A program made the translations under genes and the position numbers. Source: Octopus vulgaris (lineage: Eukaryota). From it: 64,000 nucleotides of DNA. Location of the stretch: positions 93,186,001-93,250,000 of the forward strand of contig OX597820.1 in assembly GCA_951406725.2 (NCBI GenBank), given 5' to 3'. Shown here piece after piece: positions 52,723 through 64,000 of the stretch (position 1 is the stretch's first letter; each line of letters begins with the position of its first letter). The notes below the pieces were generated by a model. That model had not been told where the DNA came from, did no database searches, and was given only the letters and a program-made list of their open reading frames with translations.

Positions 52723-53756
52723 ATGATTCTATCAAAAAGGTAATTGGTTTGACAAGTCTTTCATTATGCAATAAAACTGTTGGTAACATTGTCAATACTC
52801 ACCTTGCATAAATTCATAACTTAAAACGTTATTTCACAACAGGACTAAAAAAAAATACGAAATCAATATCTTTTTCCAACAATGCAAATTTGCACCCAGT
52901 TTGTTAGTGAGGCTGAATTTCTCCCACAAAAGCATTTCAGCTTTGGTTTACATTTTATTTCCTGGTTTTATTATTTTGCGGGATTATTTTGCAATGTTTT
53001 GTTTCCATTTTGACTGATTCCTTTCTTCTTTTCAATTTTCTACATGGCAATGCAAACTCCTACTCCATGTGCTATCCTCAACCAATTTTTCTAGGAGTAA
53101 GTGAACAAGTATTCTGTCCATCTTAACTTTGCTGTCAATTAATAGTTATGGAGTAGAGGAGTCAGTCTAACTCATTTGATGACAGATACCAGACAAAGAC
53201 AGATTTATAAATTGATTCAAGCATGTATAGGTGTGCACATGCACACATCTGTGCTTTTTGTTCCAAATGCATTGTTCCAATATTGATAAAACAAAGTAGT
53301 GTCCAGAAAGCCAAGTTTAAATTTTTTTTTTAAACTTGGAAACAAAGTCACAATTTCCAGGATTCCTTTCCTCCAGACAAACTTCAGAGGGGCAAGATGG
53401 CAGAATAAGGTAAGACACTGGACTAGCAGCTTCTCAGGAGATCATGATCTCAAATACACTACTAGTAGCTGATGGAATTTAGAGGTAGAACGCTGTATCT
53501 TCTAGATTAACATCTATGAGCAATGTGCAATTGTTCAATCTCATACCAGAGCCCACTTTTTAATAAATTCACTCTACAATGCTAAACTCTGTTCCTAGTT
53601 ATGGCTGTATATAATGACTGGCTGTGCAACAGTCCTATATATTAATCCATTTTTGATCATACCTCTAAAAAAATACACAGATCTAAGTCTGAAAATAATT
53701 AAGAATTTTAAGAGATTCAGTAAAATATCTAACCTTTCTATTAATCAGTACATTAA

Positions 53757-53986
53757 CCCTTTAGTGTTCAGATTATTCTGTCAAATGTAATGCTTATTTA
53801 TTGACATTGTTTTGAATTCATCATGCATTACCTTGTAGCTTTGAGATTTTAATGGTGTGTTTGTATATTTTTAGAACAACATTGTATGATAGGTGTGAGA
53901 GGCTAGATCTGGTCAGTACTAACATAAAACTGGTAGAATATTTGAGCCAGATAGGGCTGGATACAGCCAGTTTAAATGCTAAAGCG
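53757..53986 (+). mobile_element. piggyBac-like MITE family 2
   Basis: TTAA|CCCTTTAG...CTAAAGCG|TTAA. Confidence 0.85.
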
Positions 53987-54754
53987 TTAAGCCTATATTT
54001 GGAATGTAACTCGACAAAAGTTTCTTGCATAAAAGTATTGAGTGTTTTTAATTTAAACATTTGAAAATATGTTTTGAATCAAGTAGACTGGTGTCAAAAG
54101 TGTTAAACTGATAAAATACAAGAACCTCTACCATCAAGTGGATATGTTGGCTATGATACCAGATGTTAGTGGTTTATTAAAATCACTTCTCAATTGAGAA
54201 GATAACAGCTGATAGTTGATAGTTGATAGTTGTTCATTTACTTTCATTTTAGATATAATTCATAAAAATATAATTAGCTACAATTAGTAAAAAAGAACAA
54301 TGATAGTTTATGTATTTAAGCATTACTTTTTGATTAAGAAGTCTGCTTTGCAACTACAGTGTAATCTTAATGTACTATTCTGCACCTTCACCAAGAGTGT
54401 TCTATCAAAGCCTTAGCTTAACCAAAACCTTGCAAGCAAAATTTAAGACAGAAACTGGGTGGAAGCCTGTGAAGGGACTTTTCTTGTTTTGGTATGGAAG
54501 ACTTAGTCCATAGCCACCTTGGGTGCCTTTAGTGGAGTTAACTCTATTATAAGAATTCAGGCTAAATCACCCTTTCTATTACCAACCACTCTTAGAGGAA
54601 ATGAAACAGGTTATTGAAACTGGCCTTCTTTCTAACCTAAACCATAAACATTTTTTCATCTTAAATTATTTGATTTTATTACAAGGCCAAACAAATAGAA
54701 AAGGAATGGTTTAAATGAGACAATATAATATGCCTTACAGTATTAAAATTTCAC

Positions 54755-54785
<31 letters not shown>

Positions 54786-54852
54786 CAGAGTTCATGTCAA
54801 TTATATGTAACTAAAAAATATATAATATATTAGATATAAAAACAATGTGTGA

Positions 54853-54950
54853 CGCTTATTGCACCTAGGTTTCCCAAGCGGTCACCCATCTAAGTACTAA
54901 ACTAGGCTCGACGTTGCTTAACTTCGGTGATCGGACGAGAATCGGTGCTT
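54853..54950 (-). pseudogene. 5'-truncated 5S rRNA retrocopy
   Basis: Reverse complement AAGCACCGATTCTCGTCCGATCACCGAAGTTAAGCAACGTCGAGCCTAGTTTAGTACTTAGATGGGTGACCGCTTGGGAAACCTAGGTGCAATAAGC matches animal 5S from ~nt 23 to the 3' end; first ~22 nt absent. Confidence 0.93.
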
Positions 54951-55133
54951 AGGCACGTAAAAAGCACCCACTACACTCACGGAGTGGTTGGCGTTAGGAA
55001 GGGCATCCAGCTGTAGAAACACAGCCAGATCAGACTGGAGCCTGGTGCAGCCTCCTGGCTTCCCAGACCCCAGTCGAACCGCCCAACCTGTGCTAGCACG
55101 GAAAACGGACGTTAAATGATGATGATGATGATG
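54951..55133 (+). mobile_element. RTE 3'-end fragment fused to the 5S copy
   Basis: GGCACGTAAAAAGCACCCACTACACTC...(GAT)n; the composite is flanked by TTAGATATAAAA. Confidence 0.9.
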
Positions 55134-57305
55134 TTAGATATAAAAGTTTATCAATGATTACCAGCAAGATTTTAGAATTTTAAAAAATGTGATTTAAAAA
55201 ATATTTTACAATAATCTGTATGTCATTCTGTAAAATTTGAATTATGTCTAATTAATAAATATTAGATTGAAAGACATAACACTGCAGCTTGAAAATGCGG
55301 TAATGATCAGTATAGCTAAAAAAATTATAATAAATTTATTTGAACACTAAGACTTTAAAGTTTAGATTTAATACACAGCAAATTCAAAACAATGTTTATT
55401 TCTATTGTATTTCAAGAGTAACATATTCTTAAGAACATTTCGATGAAATAGGAACCAGGACTAGTAGATCAATCAGAAAACAGGAATGCTTGTCAGGCCC
55501 TTTTCAATGAAGATGATACTGGAGGAGGTTCTAAACTCAGATAATAGTTTATTTAATAACTGCCATATTTTCAATAGATTTGATAGCTAATTAGGATTTT
55601 CCAAACTAGTAATGTTAGCAAAATAAATTCCAAAACATTGCAAAAGCATTATTAGTGTTAAAATCACAAAAGTATGTTAGTATTACCAAAACATTAACCC
55701 ACATGGAACAAATTCTGACTGCTATCATAAATTCTGATAACACAGGATTGCTATATGAAACTAAACATGAACACCATCTATTGAAGTACAGTTTTAGAAT
55801 GATAACTACTGACCATTAATGAAGAATAAGGCAACACTATCAACTTGGAAAAAACGAAATGAACATTGGGAAATTCTCTCAACTTAGGGGTCACTTAAAT
55901 CAGATAAGGTAGCAGCTTCTTAAAATGAACCAATTTTTTTTTTAGAATTTGTCTCAACTAATTAAATTTCAGTTTTTGCTAAAGAAATGGCATTAATCCA
56001 TTCTCATCTTCACTTTGAAAGAATGTTGAAAATAACCAATTATTACTTCGTTATATGTTGGCCAACAGTCAGGCGACACTGACGATTGCTTAAAACCACA
56101 ACAAATTTGTTAGACTTAGTTTTTACAGAGAAGACTAATTTCAGCGATGAATTCCACATGATTATTATTAAACCTGTCCTGTGTAAACCTTTATTACAAA
56201 ATTATAAAAATATCTATTTACAATTAATTCATACACTTTATGTGTATGGACTTATATATTGTATGACATCATTACATATGCATTATGTAGTATGGATTAA
56301 GAGATAAGTTGCTACAGAATACAGTCAGAATGTTCCTCATTAATATTTCACTCGTAAATATATCAATAAAATATGTTATTTGCAATTGCTAAATTTACAT
56401 TGGGAAATTTTAACAGATTTAAAACTCTATACTATAAGAAAAAACATTTGAGATGCAACATTATATTTCTAGTTACTAGTCAACATTTACATCACAAAGT
56501 CTTTAATTTCAATAGTTTAGTCACAGTTTTAGGACATTTGAGCTGCTTATTTAGTTTCACAAATCATCTACAAAAACAGCCAAATGGGATAAAACAAAAA
56601 ACACAGTAAAGGATTAAAAGCTTTTAATGATTAGTTGCATAAGTTAATTTATAACAAGATTAGATAGTTGATATAGTTATATCAACATCACCCAGTAATT
56701 TTTTTTTTTTTTCTTCTTTAGTGATACACTAAAGTCACTGCAGTAAAACAGCTAAACACAAATACACGCTATGTTTTTAAAAAGTATCAGAAACTTTAAA
56801 AAAAAAAAAAACACCAACTGTTACAGACAGGAAAAATAACCAGAGTAAAAGTATGCAGAAGAAACTATCTATAAAATAAAAACAAAAAAACAGATTCTAA
56901 GGAAGAGAAAATATTACCTAAGACAGGTTCTGGAAAAGAAATAAAAATGTATATTTTTGGCAATAGTTTTCACTTGAAATTACATGTGGTGACATAATAT
57001 TGTTGTATTTTGAAAGAGTCAAGAAAGATTTTTTTTATTGAACACATATTCTGTGGTTTGTAATTGTTACTTATTTCTTTCAATAAGCGATGGAAGATTT
57101 TAATGCTATTCACAATACGAGAACAGAAATGAAGGTTATACTAAGCAGGTAGGTAGTGTGTGCATATGTATGTGTTTGTGCAAGTGAGAAAGCACATGAT
57201 TAATAGCAATAGCCATTTTTCATCGTGTGCTCTTTCACTCACAATTCTTGTTATTTATCACCAGAAAAAAAGATGAACTCAGGTGAATCAATGGAATCCC
57301 ATTAA

Positions 57306-57525
57306 CCCTTTCATTACCAACCCGGCTGAAACCGGCTCTGGTTCTGAGTACAAATGTCTTGTTTTCATAAGTTTTAAATTAAAATCTTCCACCAAACCTT
57401 AGTCACAATTTATGTTCCTAACACTAGCTTAATGATAACCAAGTAATTTTACTAAATTCTTTGTTATATTTAAAGTAATTGAAAGAAACACAGAGCATCC
57501 CAAAATAAATACAGTAACGAAAGGG
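57306..57525 (+). mobile_element. piggyBac-like MITE family 1
   Basis: TTAA|CCCTTTCATTAC...GTAACGAAAGGG|TTAA. Confidence 0.9.
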
Positions 57526-58013
57526 TTAAAGACTTGTGTAAGACTAAATAAAATACACTTTCCTTTTCTTTTGAACTGAACTATTTTCTTTTCATAAAGA
57601 ACAATAAATAACAGATGACCAACACACTGCTAACTATTTTTCATTCCACATAGAAGTTGACAAGCTTGTAACAACCTTGAGTTTAATACTTTCCCACCGT
57701 ACGCTATTCAAACAGCATACTGTGGGAAAGTACTGCATATATGCATGCAGAATTCATGCACAGGTGTTCAATAGCTTTTATGTCTACTTTCCAAGGTTAG
57801 GAGAATGTATATTGCTGTAGTATTGTCATACACCCAGGTACTTTCTGCTACTTATCCATACCTGTATCTTTCACATGCTTTCAAAAGTAGAGAATCAACA
57901 GAGTCACATACACATACTAACAAAACAGAACTCATGTGGCATTGATCTACCAAGGGCAGCAGAAGACACTTAACAAATGTACTGGGTAATACATCTGAAC
58001 CTGTAACCATACT

Positions 58014-58410
58014 GGCACAGGAGTGGTTGTGTGGTAAATAGCTTGCTTACCAACCACATGGTTGCGGGTTCATTCCCACTGCGTGGGACCTTGGGCAAGT
58101 GTCTTCTACTATAGCCTCGGGCCAACCAAAGCCTTGTGAGTGGATTTGGTAGACGGAAACTGAAAGAAGCCCATCGTATATATGTATGTATATATATATG
58201 TATGCGTGTATATATTTGTGTGTCGGTGTTTGTCCCCCCAACATCGCTTGACAACCGATGCTGGTGTGTTTACATCCCTGTAACTAAGCAGTTCAGCAAA
58301 AGAGACTGATAGAAAGAATAAGTCCTGGGGTCGATTTGCTCGACTAAAGGCGGTGCTCCAGCATGGCCACAGTCAAATGACTGAAACAATTAAAAGAGTA
58401 AAGGAGTAAG
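58014..58410 (+). mobile_element. SINE family A
   Basis: Full head, body and tail. Confidence 0.9.
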
Positions 58411-58921
58411 ATGTACAGATACAGAGTTCCACTTTCTTACCATGTGATCTTGAGTTGGCACCTTGAGCAAATAATTTTTTTAAAGTAGCCCCATATTAAC
58501 CAATGCTTTGAGGGTGAAATTATAAGATAGAAACTGTATAGATGCCTAATGCATATATATTCATTTCATGCCCATATTCCCAAGCTAGTATGGGTTGGAT
58601 GGGGACATATTTGCAGCAGGATTTTGTGATTAGGTCCTCTTCCTGTCACCAACTGGTACATGTTTTTCAAGTAAGGGATATTTTATTTTGCAGGTCTACA
58701 AAAGTACAGCAAAAAAGTACTGCTGTAAACAATTTGTTACAGCAAAAAAAAAAAAAACAATAAAAGAAGTACCAGACTTTAAAAAGAAAATTAGTACTGG
58801 GTCAATTATTTTGACTAAAATTCCTCAAGCAGTGCTCCAGCATGGCTACAATCTAATGGCTGAGATAAGTAGAAGAATGCACATTGAAGTACTAAAGACT
58901 GGTTGTATAGCATACAATTTT

Positions 58922-59222
58922 AAAAAAGCACCATCCAATCACAGCTGTTGCCAGCCGCGCCTGGCCCCCGTGCCGGTGGCACATAAAAAGCACCATCCGA
59001 CCGTGTCTGTTTGCCAGCCCAGTCTGGCACCTGTGCCGGTGGCATGTAAAAAGCACCCACTACACTCACGGGGTGGTTGGCGTTAGGAAGGGCATCCAGC
59101 TGTAGAAGCATTGCCAGATCAGACTGGAGCCTGGTGCAGCCTTCTGGCTTCCCAGACCCCAGTTGAACCATCCAACCCATGCTAGCATGGAAAGCGGATG
59201 CTAAATGAAAATGATGATGATG

Positions 59223-59223
<1 letters not shown>
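58922..59223 (+). mobile_element. RTE 3'-end repeat with two UTR tandem units
   Basis: Matches 52440-52720; (GAT)n tail. Confidence 0.88.
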
Positions 59224-59255
<32 letters not shown>

Positions 59256-59610
59256 TAGATAGATAGATAGATAGATAGATATGCATACATGGTCCAATCA
59301 CTAAGTATCCAGACTGTTACCATAGTAACAAAGCTAAAGCACACATAATGAAGCCACTTGGCACAGGTTCATGTTGAACTTTGCTGTGCATGCACACTAA
59401 ATTTTCTTTTTAAAGCTTGGTACTTCTTTTATTGTTTTGTTTTTTTTTGCTGTTGAACCACTAAATTAGAGGCACAAAAACACGATCACTGGTAGTCAAG
59501 TGGTGGTGGGGCACAAACAAAGACACACTCATAGATATATATGTAACCATGTACCCCCTCTATAACAAGACACCCATTTCTCTGTCACACTCTAACCTTT
59601 TATCATATGA

Positions 59611-59980
59611 CTAGCACTATGACCCAACAACGCCAGGTCATAGTGCTAGTGCATGCATATACAGCTGCGTACGTGCGCACATACATGCGAGTACTGTCCA
59701 AATCTCCGACCAATCACATACAGCAAGCTGGCATTCAATTGGCATATCAAGTTTCGGGCATTTTGATTGGGTTTTGGATAGAAAATTCACAAAAAAGTCA
59801 CTTCTATTGATTTTTTAATGGCTTTGCAGGGTGACTGGGGAAATATAAAGATGCGCACGGCCACCCTTGGACGGTTTTGAATGACCACAGAAAGTGCAAG
59901 CCCTCTATCTGAAAAATTGTGGATTTGTATAAAGGACACACACACACAGACAGACATTTTGCCATTTATATATATAGAGA
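59611..59980 (-). mobile_element. Non-autonomous Helitron-like element of a different family
   Basis: A|TCTCTATATATATAAA 5' end; CTAG|T 3' end with a long terminal hairpin. Confidence 0.75.
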
Positions 59981-60495
59981 TGTTGGATCACCTCCTCCAG
60001 TGCAACCCCACTTTATAGCAAGACACCTATTTCTGCCTCTGTGTTTCCTTGTCACTCTCTAACCGTTCATCCTCTTACACGAGTTCCCCTCCTCAAATGC
60101 CTCTGCCCCTCTCATAATTCCTTCTCTTGCAAGTTATTTGGTAACCCTGCCAGTGTTGGTGCCACATGAAAATCATCCAGTCCACACTGTAAAGTGGCTG
60201 ACATTCTTTATGTATATATTATATTAACTGCCTAATCAAAAAATACAGAAACTATTTCTTTCCTCCGAAACAATTTAAGTCACGTAGTTACTTAAAAATA
60301 TACACTCACAATGTATGTGTATAATACACTTCATGAAATTTCAATGCCAACATGAAATGTTACATGTGTACATATGAGTCACAAGATTATTTGTATTGAG
60401 GTTATTGAAGTCAACAGGTTCAACACTAGTAAATGACAAAACTTTTCTTGTGCAGATCTATTTATCAAATAGACATATGTTTTATTGCTAAAGGC

Positions 60496-61102
60496 CAGTG
60501 GTCCCCAACATTTTCACTACCAAGGACCCCTTTTTTTCAAATGAGTTTTCCCATGGACCCCCTTTTAATATGCTTATCCATATATATATGGAGTGGCTGT
60601 GTGGTAAGTAGCTTGCTAACCAACCACATGGTTCCGGGTTCAATCCCACTGCATGGCATCTTGGGCAAGTGTCTTCTACTATAGCCCTGGGCCGACCAAT
60701 GCCTTGTGAGTGGATTTGGTAGACAGAAACTGAAAGAAGCCTGTCGTATATATGTATGTATATATATATGTGTGTGTGTGTGTTTGTGTGTCTGTGTTTG
60801 TCCCACTAGCATTGCTTGACAACCGATGCTGGTGTGTTTACGTCCCCGTCACTTAGCGGTTCGGCAAAAAGAGACCGATAGAATAAGTACTGGGCTTACA
60901 AAATGAATAAGTCCCGGGGTCGAGTTGCTCGACTAAAGGCGGTGCTCCAGCATGGCCGCAGTCAAATGACTGAAACAAGTAAAAGAGTAAAAGAGTATAT
61001 ATATATATATATGTGTGTGTGTGTGAAATTTTGAATTTAGTTCAAGGACACAGCAGTACTACATTTGCATAGCACGGACCACAAGTTGTCTGTCAACCAC
61101 TG
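60496..61102 (+). mobile_element. hAT-type MITE interrupted by a SINE
   Basis: CAGTGGTCCCCAAC ... AACCACTG termini; degenerate 8-bp TSD CTAAAGGC/ATACAGGC. Confidence 0.6.
60590..60996 (+). mobile_element. SINE family A, young
   Basis: CpGs retained; (GTAAAAGA)n tail. Confidence 0.92.
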
Positions 61103-61323
61103 ATACAGGCAATTAAATTTCAAAGAATCTATTATACGTGATAGATTGTTAATGTGTATTTTTTCAACCGACACATGTTTACGCTTTTCTTTTCTTTTGA
61201 AAAAGTTATAACATAAAACACATTTTTGATCAGATTTACAAATGTATGTGTGTGCACAGACGTTTTTACTTTCCCCTTACATTTCCACAGGTAGTTTCTA
61301 TTTTCTTTTTGTAACATATTTCT

Positions 61324-61326
<3 letters not shown>

Positions 61327-61375
<49 letters not shown>

Positions 61376-61840
61376 TATATATACACACACACATATATAT
61401 ATATATACATACATATATACACATATATATACATACACACACACACATATATATACATATATACATACACACACACACATATATATATACATACATATAT
61501 ATACACACACACATACATATACATACATATATATACATATATATACACACACACATATACATACATATACATACATATATATACATATATATACACACAC
61601 ACATACATATACATACATATATATACATATATATACACACACACATACATATATATACATATATATACACACACACATACATATATATACATATATATAC
61701 ACACACACATACATATATATACATATATATACACACACACATACATATATATACATATATATACACACACACATACATATATATACACACACACATACAT
61801 ATATATACACACACACATACATATATATATACATATATAT

Positions 61841-61889
<49 letters not shown>
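61327..61889. repeat. Compound (TA)/(CA)/(TACA) minisatellite
   Basis: Direct reading; source of the long YIYICMCV-type ORFs. Confidence 0.95.
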
Positions 61890-61894
<5 letters not shown>

Positions 61895-62399
61895 GTGAAG
61901 TATATTTGCCACCTAAATGTGGCTAACCCTTAAGGGTTGATGCTAATGTAGCTTGTAGCCTCAGGAAGATATCTCCTCCAGCTGGCTATTGACACACTTT
62001 CAGTGCCCTATCAGTATTTTCAAAGAGAAGTTATCTTTCCCATCTCCAGCTTGACATGATACACATGGACCCGAGTTGCTGGGTATTGACCCGTAATCAG
62101 TGTATGACAACCACCGGCTGGTGATGTGAAGTGGTTCCTAACATATACATATATATATATATGTGTGTGTGTGATTATGTAAATATATAGGTGTGGTTAA
62201 GAAGACCTAGGCCAACTAAAACCCTTGCAATAGAAACTGAAAGAATCCCATTGTATGTGTGTGTGTTTACCAATGTCCTAACATCATGTGATGATTGCAA
62301 ACATGCATCACCATCTTCCATAAAATATATGTCTGGCCATGAGAAAGTATTACCTTTCATTTTCTTATTAATAATTGCATTGTTTCTTTCCAGGTAAAC

Positions 62400-63250
62400 T
62401 GACTGTTCAAAAAGACTTCAAAAGTAACTAGTAGTAACTTCTCTTTAAAATAAACGAAATTTGGCATTATCGTATATTATCAAATATCTGCAGAAAAGGG
62501 GTTTAGCCCCCCCCCCTGACATGACATACTGACATGGTTGCTAAATTAGGGTATGATGCTCCAGTTTTATCAACAGTGCAAAAGTGAGCAAAAGAATTTA
62601 GCAGGCAAAGAGAGAATCTTGAAGATGACCCAATGTCTGGACATCCTGCAATACCACCACTAAGGAGAACATTGATTGTGTTCACCACATGGTGATGGAT
62701 GACATGTGATTGACTATAAATTACATAGCCAATGTTACTAGCATATTCCATGAGAGTTGAGAATATTCTGCACAATGAACTTGGCAAGTTGAAGGTTTCT
62801 GCTCACTGGGTGTCACATCTTCTGACACCTGATCAAAAGTGCACCAGGTTGATAACATCATGGAAAGCTATCAAGACCAAATACCCAGGAAAACTGATAA
62901 AATGCCTCTTGTTCCATTAGGGCAATGCTCCAGCACACAAGTCCTCGGTTTCCATGTGTGACTGTGGCTTTGAACTGGTTGATCACTCCCTATTCTCCTG
63001 ATCTGAACCCACCCGACTATTAACTGTTCCCTGACAAGAAAAACACTTGGCTGGGAACCAGTATCGCAGTGATGATGACATTTTTGACCAACAGGATAAA
63101 AGCTTCTTCACCAATGAGGTCCAAGCATTGCAACACCAATGGAAGAAGTGTGTGGACCGCAAGGGAGCTATGATGAAAGATAAACCTCATTTGGTCACAT
63201 TCCAAGAGAGTATGTTCGTTAGCCTATGAACTTTTCAACCAATCCTCGTG
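62400..63250 (+). mobile_element. Internally deleted mariner transposon relic
   Basis: IKYLQKKGL, LEDDPMSGHP, KVSAHWVSHLLT, NAPAHKS, YSPDLNPPDY, LQHQWKKCV; right TIR AACTTTTCAACCAATCCTCGTG. Confidence 0.9.
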
Positions 63251-63308
63251 TGTGTCTGTGTGCATACATACACCCACAAATATACACACACACACATATA
63301 TATATATA

Positions 63309-63350
<42 letters not shown>

Positions 63351-64000
63351 CCACTAGTCATTATCACAACAATCAAAACTAACTTTGTTAACATGTTAGG
63401 GATTGTCCAAGTACTCATCCAATAATTATTTTATTCATCAAGGATAATTTTGTAACATTTTAGGTTCCCTTCAGTACTCCAGTTTTAGCTACCATATACT
63501 CCAGTAAAATGCAATTCTAGTTACTATCATATACTACAAATAAACCTTAGTTGTAGTTACCATATACCATAAATACAACACAATGGAATTCTATATTAAC
63601 GTCAGTTTATTTAAATAGAATAACTTAACAGTCATGTTCTTCCCTTTTCATCATCATGCACATCTGCTGGCGTGATGAGGACCATCACAAATAACAAGGA
63701 TGGCTTATGGCTTGCATGTGACTTTGTTTAAAGTGAAGAAGGGATGCATACCGTCAACTTCACTCTCTCATCCATGACCATCTTCTATCCAGTGGTAAGA
63801 CCAAGTTAAGACAATTGAGGATGAAGACGGATGCAGTGGATGACAAAGATGTTTCACTTGCTTCATTTTATTCTCTGCACTTCACAATACATTACTGCAG
63901 CCACCTTCCTCTCAGTTGAACCATGAACGTTTCTTCTGCAGAGTCTATCAAATCCATCTTCACAGCCCTAATATGCAAGTTAATCCATAGCTGGGACCCT

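Noticed and set aside
54853-54950. Functional 5S rRNA gene
   Set aside because: The first ~22 nt are missing and it is fused to a LINE tail within a TSD
62353-62398. Possible upstream UXS1 exon (YLERNNAIINKKMK, AG..GTAAT)
   Set aside because: Lies in repeat-derived sequence adjoining the mariner relic, has a weak acceptor, and its phase does not fit

Overview
Repeat-dense, AT-rich animal genomic DNA. The SINE/LINE families and the microsatellite load look like octopus (coleoid cephalopod); this is inferred from the repeats, not proven. One protein-coding gene is supported: UDP-glucuronate decarboxylase / UDP-xylose synthase (UXS1) on the minus strand. Nine GT-AG exons (49583-49640 down to the stop at 37455) splice in frame into 338 aa covering the whole catalytic SDR domain. 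The N-terminal membrane-anchor exons were not confidently found. The rest is transposon-derived or simple repeat: tRNA-derived SINEs, RTE, CR1-like and Penelope-like retroelements, non-autonomous Helitrons, Merlin-like, piggyBac-like and hAT MITEs, Charlie/Buster and mariner transposase relics, two probable solo LTRs, and long (TA)n/(TACA)n/(TG)n tracts. Those tracts account for most ORFs in the supplied track. I found no convincing new multi-gene system. The most interesting signals are: a TSD-flanked antisense-5S rRNA/LINE-tail chimera; a 39-bp templated Helitron patch inside a MITE; candidate 12-nt and poison exons in UXS1; a frame-preserving 36-nt repeat right after the UXS1 double stop; degenerate Penelope-type hammerheads; and a shared SINE/LINE 3' tail. 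Repeat boundaries were read by eye and are approximate unless a TSD or TIR is quoted.
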